Virus record (IMG/VR): IMGVR_UViG_3300011921_000002
Coordinates: 1-39,374 of that record
DNA: 39,374 nt
Source of the DNA: a virus
Direction: 5' to 3' (one strand)
Shown: piece after piece, positions 19,801-26,284 of the stretch
Layout: every line of letters starts with the position of its first letter
How positions within the stretch are numbered: position 1 is the stretch's first letter
The notes under the pieces: generated by a model
Databases searched by the model: none
What the model saw: only the letters and a program-made list of their open reading frames with translations
What the model was told of the DNA's origin: nothing
Position numbers and translations under genes: made by a program

Positions 19801-22800
19801 CGGCATGTCCGACGAAGAGTGGGCCGGGTACCAGGCAATGATGGCCGAAGCCACAGAGGCATCGATAACTGAGTTGACACAGGCAAGCCTGCGCCAATTG
19901 AAGTGGCTGGGCAATGCTCGCTCTCGCGTGCTCAAAGAGATGCAGGCCAAGACGGCTGACATCCGCAAGGGCGTGCGCGAAGAGGTGGCCGCAGAAGTGC
20001 AAGAGGACCGTGTCTACACAGCCATGGAGTTCTTGAAGCGCGGCATCACCAAAGACGAGAACGGTCAAGACATCCAGGCATTGACTGGCCACAAACTCAA
20101 GATCGCTGATGTGAAGGCGCTCTACCCTGAAAGCAAAGAGTCGCTGACACCTGCACCTGACCTGGCCAAACTTGGCTATGGCAAGTACGGCATGCTGGCC
20201 GAAGAAGGCCTGCCGCCTGACCTGGTGGCATCGATGTTTGGTTTTGACTCTGGCGATCAGTTGGTGCGCTCATTGCTCGAGGCCAAGCCGATCAAAGAAG
20301 AGATCGATAACCGCACCGACGAGCGCATGCTGGCCGAATACTCTGACCTGCTGGACCCTGCCAGCATCGAGTTGGAAATCCAGAAGGCATTGCACAACGA
20401 AGCACGCGCCCGCTTTGTGGCCGTCGAGTTGCGCTACCTGGCCAAAGCAACACAGCCTGCACGCTTGATGATTCAAGCCGCGAAGACTGCGGCCAAGTCA
20501 ATCATCGGCAACAAGGTGATCAGCGAGATCCGTCCGCGTGACTACACGCTGGCAGAGGCACGCGCCGCCAAGGAAAGCACAAAGCAATCCAAAGCTGGCA
20601 AGATCACCGAGGCCGCAAAAGCCAAACAGAACCAACTGCTCAACAACCAGTTGTCGCTCGAGGCAGTCAACGCACGCAAAGAAATCGACAAGGCCATTGA
20701 CGGCTTTGCCAAGATTTTCAAAGGCGATGCAAAGATGGCCAAGAATCGCAACATTGATTTGGTCAACGCCGCACGCTACATCCTTGGCCACTACGGCCTT
20801 GGCCCGCGTGATGTCGAGCCTGCAAAGTTTGTTGAGCAACTCAAGTCATACAACCCAGACCTGTATGCAGACATCGAGCCGATCTTGCTCGAGTCGACCG
20901 GTGGCCCACGCAACTACAAGAAGTTGACGCTCAACGAGTTCCGCGAAATGAAGGAGATCGTCGACGCGTTGTGGTACCAGTCCAAGCGTGAGAACGAGGT
21001 GATGATTGAAGGCAAAGCAGTTGCTCTCGATTCGATCATTGCAGAACTCAATGCGCGACTTGATGAGATCGGCGTGCCTGAAGAGGTTGCCGGTGAGCGC
21101 ATGGCGCCTGGTCCAAAAGAGAAGGCCATCCGCGCCCTGTACAACGCCAAGGCATTGACCCGCAAGGTCGAGCACTGGGCTGATGCAACAGACGGCCCTG
21201 GTGGTCCTGGTCCATTCACCAACTACATCTGGCGCCCACTGCGTGCCGCGCTTGACCAGTACCGCGTCGATCGCAATCGCTATGTCAAAGACTATGTCGA
21301 CATGATCGCCAAGCTGGATCTGCCAGTGCAAAAGATCAACGCGCCAGAACTGAATTACACCTTCGGCAATGAGAACGGCGGCATCGGTAAAGCAGAGGTG
21401 CTTGGCGCCTTGATGCACATCGGTAACGACGGCAACATGAAGAAGCTGATTGCTGGCCGCAACTGGGGTCAAGTCAATGAGGATGGCTCGGTCGACACGA
21501 CGCGCTGGAATAGTTTCATGAACCGCATGATCGACGAAGGCGTGCTCACAAAAGCAGACTTCGACTTCGTGCAAGCAACCTGGGATCTGAATGAAGAACT
21601 CAAGCCTATGGCGCAAGAGGCGCATCGCGAGATCTTCGGCTACTACTTCAAAGAAGTCGAGGCTCGCCCAGTGGTTACACCGTTCGGCACATACCGTGGC
21701 GGCTATGTTCCTGCGAAGACTGATCCGTTCATAGTTCGCGACGCACAGCGTCAAATGAAGATGGAGGAACTCGAGGCCGACTTCCGCAACTCGATGCCAA
21801 GCACTGGCGCCGGGTTTACGAAGTCTCGCGTTGAGTACAACAAACCTCTGTCACTGGACATTCGTGTGATGGCCAAGCACATCGATGATGTGATCCGCTT
21901 TGCACGCGTACAGCCTACGATCCGCGACACACTCAAAATCATTCGCAAGCGTGACTTTGCAGACACGATCACGCGCATTGACCCGACTGTCATCGAGGAC
22001 ATGATCCTGCCATGGCTCAATCGATCTGCTCGTCAGATCACGAGCGAGGTCGGCATGAACCGAAGCATTGACAACTTCTGGCGTGCTGTCCGCACTCGCA
22101 CTGGTATCGGCATCATGTTTGCCAACATCACCAACGCGATGCAACAGGTGACTGGCTTCTTCCCTGCATTGCTCAAGGTCGAAGGCAAATACATGAAGAC
22201 GGCCCTGGTCGACTACATGAAGAGTCCAACAGCACAGGCTGAGTTTGTTGCTGAGTTGTCGCCATTCATGGCCGATCGCATGAGCAATCAGATGATCGAA
22301 GTGCAGGACATGATGAACGACCTGCTTATCAACCCAACCAAGTTCGACAAGATCCAGAAGTGGTCCAACAAGCATGGTTACTTCTTGCAACAAGCCTTCC
22401 AGAACTTTGTCGATGTCGTGACCTGGGTCGGCTCGTACAATCAGACTGTCGCAGAGTTGGGCGCAGATGTTGATGAGAAGTCAGCAAGCAACGAGGCCAT
22501 CAAGCGTGCAGACGCCGCAGTGCGTATGACGCAGTCCAGCCTGTTGCCTGAAGACTTATCTGCCTTTGAGGTTGGATCGCCGTTCTACAAGACGCTGATC
22601 CAGTTCGCTGGCTACTTCAACATGATCGCCAACTTGAACGCCAACGAGTACATCAAGATCTTCCGAGACATGGGCTGGCGTGGCCACAAGGGTAAGCTGT
22701 TCATGACCTACCTGCTGGGCTTTGGCCTGCCAATGCTGGCCGCTGACGCCATCGTGCGCAGTCTGGGTGGCGGCTGGGACGACGATGATGACGACGGCTA

Positions 22801-23203
22801 CCTCGATGTCTTTATGTCCTGGTTCTTTGGATCACAATTGCGTGGTGCAGTTGCCCTGGTGCCGTTTGGTACTGCGGCCACCGTGCCATTCAACGCATTC
22901 AACAACAAGCCTTACGATGACCGCATGACCACCAGCCCGTCTGTATCGACTCTGGAAGGTGCGACCATCGGTGTAGTAAAGGCCGGTATCAACATTGCAG
23001 ATCCTGACAAAGATGTGACGGGCAAGAATGTCCGCGACATCCTGACATTGATCAGCCTTGTGACCGGCGTCCCCGTTACCGTGCTCGGCAGGCCGATTGG
23101 TTATGCCATTGAAGTTGAGCGCGGAAAGATTGAACCAACCTCTTCTGCCGACTACATTCGCGGCCTTGCCACTGGCAAAGCAAGCGAGTCGTCGAGACAG
23201 TAA
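13874..23203 (+). CDS. Giant (3109 aa) polyvalent internal virion protein with several enzyme-like modules and a hydrophobic C-terminal third
   Basis: A single uninterrupted 9330-nt frame in the position of T7 gp16. See the module features and findings. Confidence 0.85.
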   Translation: MMLVPDDEFNAAAARVAGVKKAPTLDESAANVIDGQRTQLRTSLYGALDANPDEAARAKNLSNKSGIPVDIVQRNYAQVNRNVQLNEFDETLKRSPLLGQWLSNPNNAKISHDDSSNLAGIEREYGTIKPIERSFLEEITEPLQRGYAQFKKAFALGLEDTPIIKGLQSRQKAAAEANGITYDPKIQQKVSLENYDRNINKFPVPENIQRGLQEIGEATSFSEGFSAIIRNPAAVKEVIFQSIGVGAPGLAVTAASVPMGPLAVATAAGTTSFLIEYATTMDEVITSQAEKINSSDALYRVLTDEKIMNEAREKGIKRGVPIALFDALTAGMAGKLLKGARPTVLSVGTRVVGEGAVQAAGGAAGEATAQALTGEFKPGEILLEAFAEIPTALVEVPGNYRGTMLQAESAERSAKAFEKVQEFSRASKVRARSAETFGEWIDQVSQETDVTTVYISGETLKQSGLAERVAEVSPSVREQLDTAVATGGDIAIPVTEYQTNIAPTEFSTALIDDLRIEGEMMTRREAREFIDNQAEIMKTQMEANAKVEMTNKDFVKSAREVENLMYQQVKATKQYTDNAARINAQLVRDFVVTQSAALKIMPTEFYNRYMYRVERAEGQPGGMALFNQDQRVVIDSVPFRNWIGSSIFQDETGAPQTLYHGTADNVTAFDPDHPNRKDSGWLGTGVYLTDSADMAEVYAMQKRRTGTAGENVMPLYARLENPYMATMEDKTRIRAGGREAADAFTAELQAQGYDGVILEVAPDAREIVVFDNTAVKSPFNDGTWSRENADILRQGNQVLQTESLTDADAINSEEDAEADDVAAIEAQADIPETVEDQAELKNALEVAKSQVWNKGRDLKLAIQNAVQQAATEAGVDVSVPSPQTTDYLVRVGLKDALFALEQNPNAIGWYDEKTRQALAVMALVHPEIATNEDARFAFTWALAVTSNGLKVDKNFELAEKAYSYYKENKVMPTNIKGGQAQGAINDSLALFNELVGAWGIKNLRQFMQTNFTVGEISAISKDLKPGGEHADTMVKGAAIIGPKIGNGFFSNLYGDFSSLTMDRWLVRTWGRWTGTLIKSLPKHVETATNRLNSAIRSATPEQATRLSEVIGMDIANTEVNRLADAIQKASMDPKLREQMNESKVGEEIRKAGNSLAKYNDGQKEAPAGPHERTYIRSVFSQILAELQADPAYADLTMADLQAVLWYAEKRLYESAKDNNVDQESTDGYSDEDAPDYANAAAGVARTLGVSDRKINNALKKESKDERARRARLQDEQAQVAGGEQAEAGGFTQREKRLFAGAVATRIARSNRSGDQKQSWSYTAKSSGDGGKVRVLKSQLVTYSQEWKAGAGLARVYRNNGITVPKFYELEQGNAQNAQRFSEAITASKQASGDMGAAVFVYPVEDYQGMRLFLSEDGKSGVAVKPDGDIVSVFSQAGAGRSVMELAVAAGGTKLDAFETILPEFYAAHGFVAASRLPWDDTQAPEGWNKEAFADFNNGEPNVVFMALDQSYYGWHKISDGKKSKTYDDAVADQNRAVKRNKKRREDNGKPAVFAQSGTGAGGVQRLRASDLDVAKRYGTARDGATSVLGIHYSKQPRNSLAGFAYGTGLKGAEAGRLAGADSRLSNRIHFYVDTGNGVRPEAGVGGNVHAVYLDNLYDAAADPLGLRAQASANGRDDRGQWFNAVESAILDAGFDGVYIPAAQGEQGVAVLLGPQHKGVPVEQHGMHAMPAAGAYTPPASTKRKYAMLTPEIRKFEAQEAQIKAAAPSADLRSGTLTFDEADAEAVAKFFPPAAQAQPLRQEERGGFDPKRLTTILNEKADMSTFLHETAHFFLTVYADMAARPDATEQNKQDMQTILDWFGIKDLATWNALSLDEQRKYHESWAYNYEIYLFEGKAPSVQMQSMFERFSAWLRRVYKSIRDELNQIYRQENGEDLPILTGEVRQVMDRMLASEEQIKQSEAVNSMVPMYQTQEESGMSDEEWAGYQAMMAEATEASITELTQASLRQLKWLGNARSRVLKEMQAKTADIRKGVREEVAAEVQEDRVYTAMEFLKRGITKDENGQDIQALTGHKLKIADVKALYPESKESLTPAPDLAKLGYGKYGMLAEEGLPPDLVASMFGFDSGDQLVRSLLEAKPIKEEIDNRTDERMLAEYSDLLDPASIELEIQKALHNEARARFVAVELRYLAKATQPARLMIQAAKTAAKSIIGNKVISEIRPRDYTLAEARAAKESTKQSKAGKITEAAKAKQNQLLNNQLSLEAVNARKEIDKAIDGFAKIFKGDAKMAKNRNIDLVNAARYILGHYGLGPRDVEPAKFVEQLKSYNPDLYADIEPILLESTGGPRNYKKLTLNEFREMKEIVDALWYQSKRENEVMIEGKAVALDSIIAELNARLDEIGVPEEVAGERMAPGPKEKAIRALYNAKALTRKVEHWADATDGPGGPGPFTNYIWRPLRAALDQYRVDRNRYVKDYVDMIAKLDLPVQKINAPELNYTFGNENGGIGKAEVLGALMHIGNDGNMKKLIAGRNWGQVNEDGSVDTTRWNSFMNRMIDEGVLTKADFDFVQATWDLNEELKPMAQEAHREIFGYYFKEVEARPVVTPFGTYRGGYVPAKTDPFIVRDAQRQMKMEELEADFRNSMPSTGAGFTKSRVEYNKPLSLDIRVMAKHIDDVIRFARVQPTIRDTLKIIRKRDFADTITRIDPTVIEDMILPWLNRSARQITSEVGMNRSIDNFWRAVRTRTGIGIMFANITNAMQQVTGFFPALLKVEGKYMKTALVDYMKSPTAQAEFVAELSPFMADRMSNQMIEVQDMMNDLLINPTKFDKIQKWSNKHGYFLQQAFQNFVDVVTWVGSYNQTVAELGADVDEKSASNEAIKRADAAVRMTQSSLLPEDLSAFEVGSPFYKTLIQFAGYFNMIANLNANEYIKIFRDMGWRGHKGKLFMTYLLGFGLPMLAADAIVRSLGGGWDDDDDDGYLDVFMSWFFGSQLRGAVALVPFGTAATVPFNAFNNKPYDDRMTTSPSVSTLEGATIGVVKAGINIADPDKDVTGKNVRDILTLISLVTGVPVTVLGRPIGYAIEVERGKIEPTSSADYIRGLATGKASESSRQ
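15839..16210 (+). other. PARP-like (H-Y-E) ADP-ribosyltransferase module inside the giant protein
   Basis: TLYHGT (His660, 15851), GTGVYLTDSADMAEVYA (Tyr687, 15932) and REIVVFDNTAV (Glu766, 16169) parallel the PARP/diphtheria-type HG..GxGxYF..Y..E-I-V-Y-D pattern. Confidence 0.6.
17532..17560 (+). promoter_or_regulatory. Sigma70-like promoter candidate inside the giant gene
   Basis: TTGACC (17532-17537), a 17-nt spacer, then TATAGT (17555-17560). The -35 is embedded in the palindrome GTTGAC-N5-GTCAAC (17531-17547). It lies about 100 nt upstream of the nested ORF at 17664. Confidence 0.3.
17664..17879 (+). CDS. Nested +1-frame ORF 1 (71 aa) overprinted on the giant gene
   Basis: AAGGAG (17651-17656) lies 7 nt before the ATG. 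The composition is protein-like (MNAQDEHDYKMSKRR...NPGLTRQKAVEMAEKFGF). Codons in this frame end in G/C, while the giant frame here uses AGA/CGA/A-ending codons. Confidence 0.4.
   Translation: MNAQDEHDYKMSKRRSLEGSKQKLEALLKEKNGSLQAQSPPELQDPIEAAIKNNPGLTRQKAVEMAEKFGF
17880..18420 (+). other. GNAT-fold-like module inside the giant protein
   Basis: GVAVKPDGDIVSVFSQAGAGRSVMELAVAAGGTKLDAFETILPEFYAAHGF resembles the acetyl-CoA-binding core of GNAT-like domains. This assignment is tentative. Confidence 0.45.
18513..18701 (+). CDS. Nested +1-frame ORF 2 (62 aa, strongly acidic) overprinted on the giant gene
   Basis: AAGGAG (18499-18504) lies 8 nt before the ATG. It has 6 Glu and 2 Asp and no Lys, Arg or His. 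It is in the same phase as ORF 1. The SD is built from AGG-AGA Arg codons, which this genome otherwise seems to avoid. Confidence 0.35.
   Translation: MENPQSLPNQEPEQAAYNAYEQAISMLPSDTGQPGMEQLQSLVSTIQNNLGIVLPDSPTEQA
19352..19366 (+). other. HExxH zincin-type metallopeptidase motif inside the giant protein
   Basis: FLHETAHFFLTVY, with His1827-Glu1828-x-x-His1831. Confidence 0.5.
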
Positions 23204-23216
23204 GGTACCCGTATCC
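23204..23216 (+). repeat. GGTACCCGTATCC motif, copy 4 (immediately after the stop at 23201-23203)
   Basis: Exact 13-mer, intergenic, 47 nt upstream of the tail-fibre ATG at 23264. Confidence 0.8.
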
Positions 23217-23263
23217 ACAACCAGAATGCTTAGTCTCTTCACAATTGTCCAGGAGTTCCGTCC

Positions 23264-26200
23264 ATGACCATCAGTTCAAATAGCCGGAAAGCCGGTCCGT
23301 TCATAGGTAACGGAACAGCCGCGACTTTCCCCTTTACATTCAAGGTCTTCCAGGCTTCTGACCTGGAAGTGGTCAAACTCACGGTTGCAACCAACATCGA
23401 AACGATTTTGGTCCTCAACACTGACTTCACCGCGTCCGTCAACGAAGACCAAAACTCAAGCCCTGGCGGCACGATCACGCTGTCTGCTGGCGCCCTGGCG
23501 ACCGGCTACAACCTGGTCATCACATCGGACATCGAGAACCTTCAGCCAACCGACTTGACCAACCAGGGCGGCTTTTACCCTGAAGTGATCACCGACGCGC
23601 TGGACCGTGCAACGATTCAGATTCAGCAGTTGCAAGAAGCTGTCGACCGCTCGGCAAAGTTGCCGATCACAAGCAGTGCTGATGCTGACGCCCTGGTGGC
23701 CGACATCGTGCGCCTGGCTGACAGCGCAGGCAACATCGACATCGTTGCCAACAACATCGACAGCGTAAATGATGTAGGCGACGACATCACCAATGTCAAC
23801 ATCGTTGCAACCAATATCAGCAATGTGAACACCGTGGCCGGTGTGTCGTCCAATGTGACGACTGTGGCTACTGACATCGCGGCTGTCAACACCGTTGCGG
23901 CTGACTTGAACGAGCCGGTGTCTGAGATTGAAACTGTTGCGACCAACATCACGAATGTAAACACCGTCGGCACCAACATTGCCAATGTCAACACAGTCGC
24001 TGGTATCAGCGCCAATGTAACAACCGTTGCAGGCATCTCTGCCAATGTGTCGACCGTGGCAACCAACAGCGCCAGCGTGGTGACTGTTGCTGGTGACATT
24101 GCCGCTGTGACTACTGTGGCCAACGACCTTAACGAGCCTGTCTCTGAGATCGAGACGGTTGCCGGTAGCATTGCCAATGTCAACACAGTTGGCACGAACA
24201 TCGCAAGCGTCAACACGACTGCCGCGAACAATACAAACATTACGACTGTGGCGACCAACATCGCCAATGTGAACACGACTGCAACCAACATTGCAAATGT
24301 GAACTCGGTCGCAGGCAACTCGACCAACATCAATGCAGTGGCTGGCAACAGCACCAACATCAACGCTGTCGCAACGAACTCGACAAACATCAACACTGCC
24401 GCGACAAACATTGCCGCGATCACGACTGTTGCCAATGACTTGAACGAGCCTACCAGCGAGATCGATGTCGTTGCAAACAACATTGCAAGCGTCAACACTG
24501 TCGGCACAAACATCGCTGATGTGAGCACCGTTGCAGGCGTTGCAGGCAATGTGAACACGGTTGCAGGCATTGCACCCAATGTGACGACTGTTGCAGGCAT
24601 TGCCGCGAATGTAACCACTGTGGCTGGCATCTCAACCGCTGTGACTGATGTTGCCGCGATTGATACCGATGTCACTACCGTGGCCGCGATCGATACTGAT
24701 GTGACTGCTGTGGCCACTGTGGCAAGCGACATCCCAACTGTTGCAGACAATGTCTCCAACATCAATGACTACGCCAACACCTACCAAGGTGCAAAGGCAA
24801 CACCTCCAACATTGCGCAACAACGGTGGCGCACTGCAAGAGGGTGACATGTACTTCAACACCACCAGCGACACGATGTTTGTGTACGGCTCTGGTGGTTG
24901 GGTGCCTGCTGGCTCAAGCGTCAACGGCACAAGTCAGCGATACAAGTATGTGGCCACCTCTGGCCAGACTTCATTTTCTGGCCTCGATGCCAATGGCAAC
25001 ACGCTGACCTATGACGCAGGCTTCATCGATGTGTACTTGAACGGCGTTCATTTGGACCCGACCGACTACACCGCAACGACAGGTACCAGCATCGTACTTG
25101 CATCAGGTGCGGCGCTAAACGATGAACTCTACATCGTTGCATTTGGCACATTCAATGTGGCATCGTTCAACGGCTCTGGCCTTGATGACAACACAGTCAA
25201 CATCAGCAAACTGAATGCAACCGGTACACGCAACGGTGGGACATTCCTTGCTGGCGACAACACATTTAAAACTGTGGCTGTTACGCCTACTGCTGTAAGC
25301 GACCAGGCAAACTCAAGCACGGGTTACTTTGATGTTCCAACAGGAACAACCGCAGAGCGGCCAGGTACTCCATCGACAGGAATGATTCGATTTAATTCGA
25401 CTCTTAATAATTTTGAGTATCACGATGGAACAAAATGGCGGCAACCAGCAGATGCTCCATATTCCGTTGAATATCTTGTAATTGCTGGCGGTGGTGGAGG
25501 TGGAGTCGGCAATAGCGGGCCAAACCAAGAGGGTGGCGGTGGCGGCGGCGCTGGTGGCTATCGGTCATCTGTATCTGGAGAAAATTCTGGTCGAGGTGCT
25601 TCTGCTGAATCAGCGCTGACTGTTTCGCCAAATACCGCTTACACAGTAACTGTTGGTGGTGGAGGTACTGGTGCAACCTCAGAAACAACAAGCGGAACGC
25701 AAGGCGCTTCTTCTGTATTTGGATCAATAACTTCTGTTGGCGGCGGCTATGGAGCGGCGGCAAACAATGCCGGAGGGTCTGGTGGCGCAGGCGGTGGCGG
25801 TGGATCAAACACATCTAGCACTGCTGGATCTGGTACCACTGGTCAAGGATATGACGGCGGAACAGGTGCAACTAGCGCTCAATCTGGAGGTGGTGGTGGT
25901 GCTGGATCTGCTGGAGTAAATAGCGGAACATACACTACTGGCGGTAACGGTGGCGGTGGCGTTACATCATCAATTACAGGATCATCTGTAACACGCGCAG
26001 GCGGTGGTGGTGGTGGAAGTTATACCAGCGGATCAGGCGGTTCAGGTGGTGGTGGCACTGGTGCAAATACAGGTGCGTCTGGTACGGCTGGTACAACAAA
26101 CACAGGTAGCGGTGGTGGCGGTGGTCACAAGTCTCCAAGATGGGCTGGCAATGGCGGCTCTGGTGTTGTCATTGTTCGCTACCTCGGCACACAGCGCGGC

Positions 26201-26275
26201 ACAGGCGGCACAGTCACCAGCGCAGGCGGCTACACGATCCACACCTTCACTTCGTCCGGCACATTCACGGCATAA
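23264..26275 (+). CDS. Tail fibre (1003 aa): N-terminal anchor, long heptad-repeat shaft, glycine-rich C-terminal receptor-binding module
   Basis: AGGAG lies upstream. The N-terminus SRKAGPFIGNGTAATFPFTFKVF is typical of podovirus fibre/spike anchors. This is followed by about 360 aa of xNIxNVNTVAx heptads, then the GGGGGG-rich module ending in GGYTIHTFTSSGTFTA. Confidence 0.85.
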   Translation: MTISSNSRKAGPFIGNGTAATFPFTFKVFQASDLEVVKLTVATNIETILVLNTDFTASVNEDQNSSPGGTITLSAGALATGYNLVITSDIENLQPTDLTNQGGFYPEVITDALDRATIQIQQLQEAVDRSAKLPITSSADADALVADIVRLADSAGNIDIVANNIDSVNDVGDDITNVNIVATNISNVNTVAGVSSNVTTVATDIAAVNTVAADLNEPVSEIETVATNITNVNTVGTNIANVNTVAGISANVTTVAGISANVSTVATNSASVVTVAGDIAAVTTVANDLNEPVSEIETVAGSIANVNTVGTNIASVNTTAANNTNITTVATNIANVNTTATNIANVNSVAGNSTNINAVAGNSTNINAVATNSTNINTAATNIAAITTVANDLNEPTSEIDVVANNIASVNTVGTNIADVSTVAGVAGNVNTVAGIAPNVTTVAGIAANVTTVAGISTAVTDVAAIDTDVTTVAAIDTDVTAVATVASDIPTVADNVSNINDYANTYQGAKATPPTLRNNGGALQEGDMYFNTTSDTMFVYGSGGWVPAGSSVNGTSQRYKYVATSGQTSFSGLDANGNTLTYDAGFIDVYLNGVHLDPTDYTATTGTSIVLASGAALNDELYIVAFGTFNVASFNGSGLDDNTVNISKLNATGTRNGGTFLAGDNTFKTVAVTPTAVSDQANSSTGYFDVPTGTTAERPGTPSTGMIRFNSTLNNFEYHDGTKWRQPADAPYSVEYLVIAGGGGGGVGNSGPNQEGGGGGGAGGYRSSVSGENSGRGASAESALTVSPNTAYTVTVGGGGTGATSETTSGTQGASSVFGSITSVGGGYGAAANNAGGSGGAGGGGGSNTSSTAGSGTTGQGYDGGTGATSAQSGGGGGAGSAGVNSGTYTTGGNGGGGVTSSITGSSVTRAGGGGGGSYTSGSGGSGGGGTGANTGASGTAGTTNTGSGGGGGHKSPRWAGNGGSGVVIVRYLGTQRGTGGTVTSAGGYTIHTFTSSGTFTA
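23700..24780 (+). repeat. Heptad (21-nt) periodic coding repeat array in the fibre shaft, with three super-repeats
   Basis: The NV(N/T)TVA(G/T)xxxN units are repeated dozens of times. DLNEP(V/T)SEI(E/D)xVA punctuation occurs at about 23901, 24124 and 24436. Confidence 0.85.
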
Positions 26276-26284
26276 GGAATCGAT

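Noticed and set aside
13874-23203. Giant ORF as an N4-like virion RNA polymerase
   Set aside because: The size is similar, but I could not find T7-like RNAP motifs. The recognisable modules are ART-like, GNAT-like and HExxH, with a membrane-type C-terminus. This fits an ejection/effector protein instead.
23623-24765. 380-aa antisense ORF across the tail-fibre shaft
   Set aside because: It stays open only because the sense-strand heptad repeat (codons such as AAC/GTC/ACC/GCC) lacks reverse-complement stops. Its translation is monotonous (ATVVT/LAMLV repeats), it has no SD, and it lies wholly inside a well-supported fibre gene.
23700-24780. Periodic repeats as a CRISPR array
   Set aside because: The period is 21 nt, in frame, with no repeat-spacer structure. 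It encodes a continuous heptad protein.
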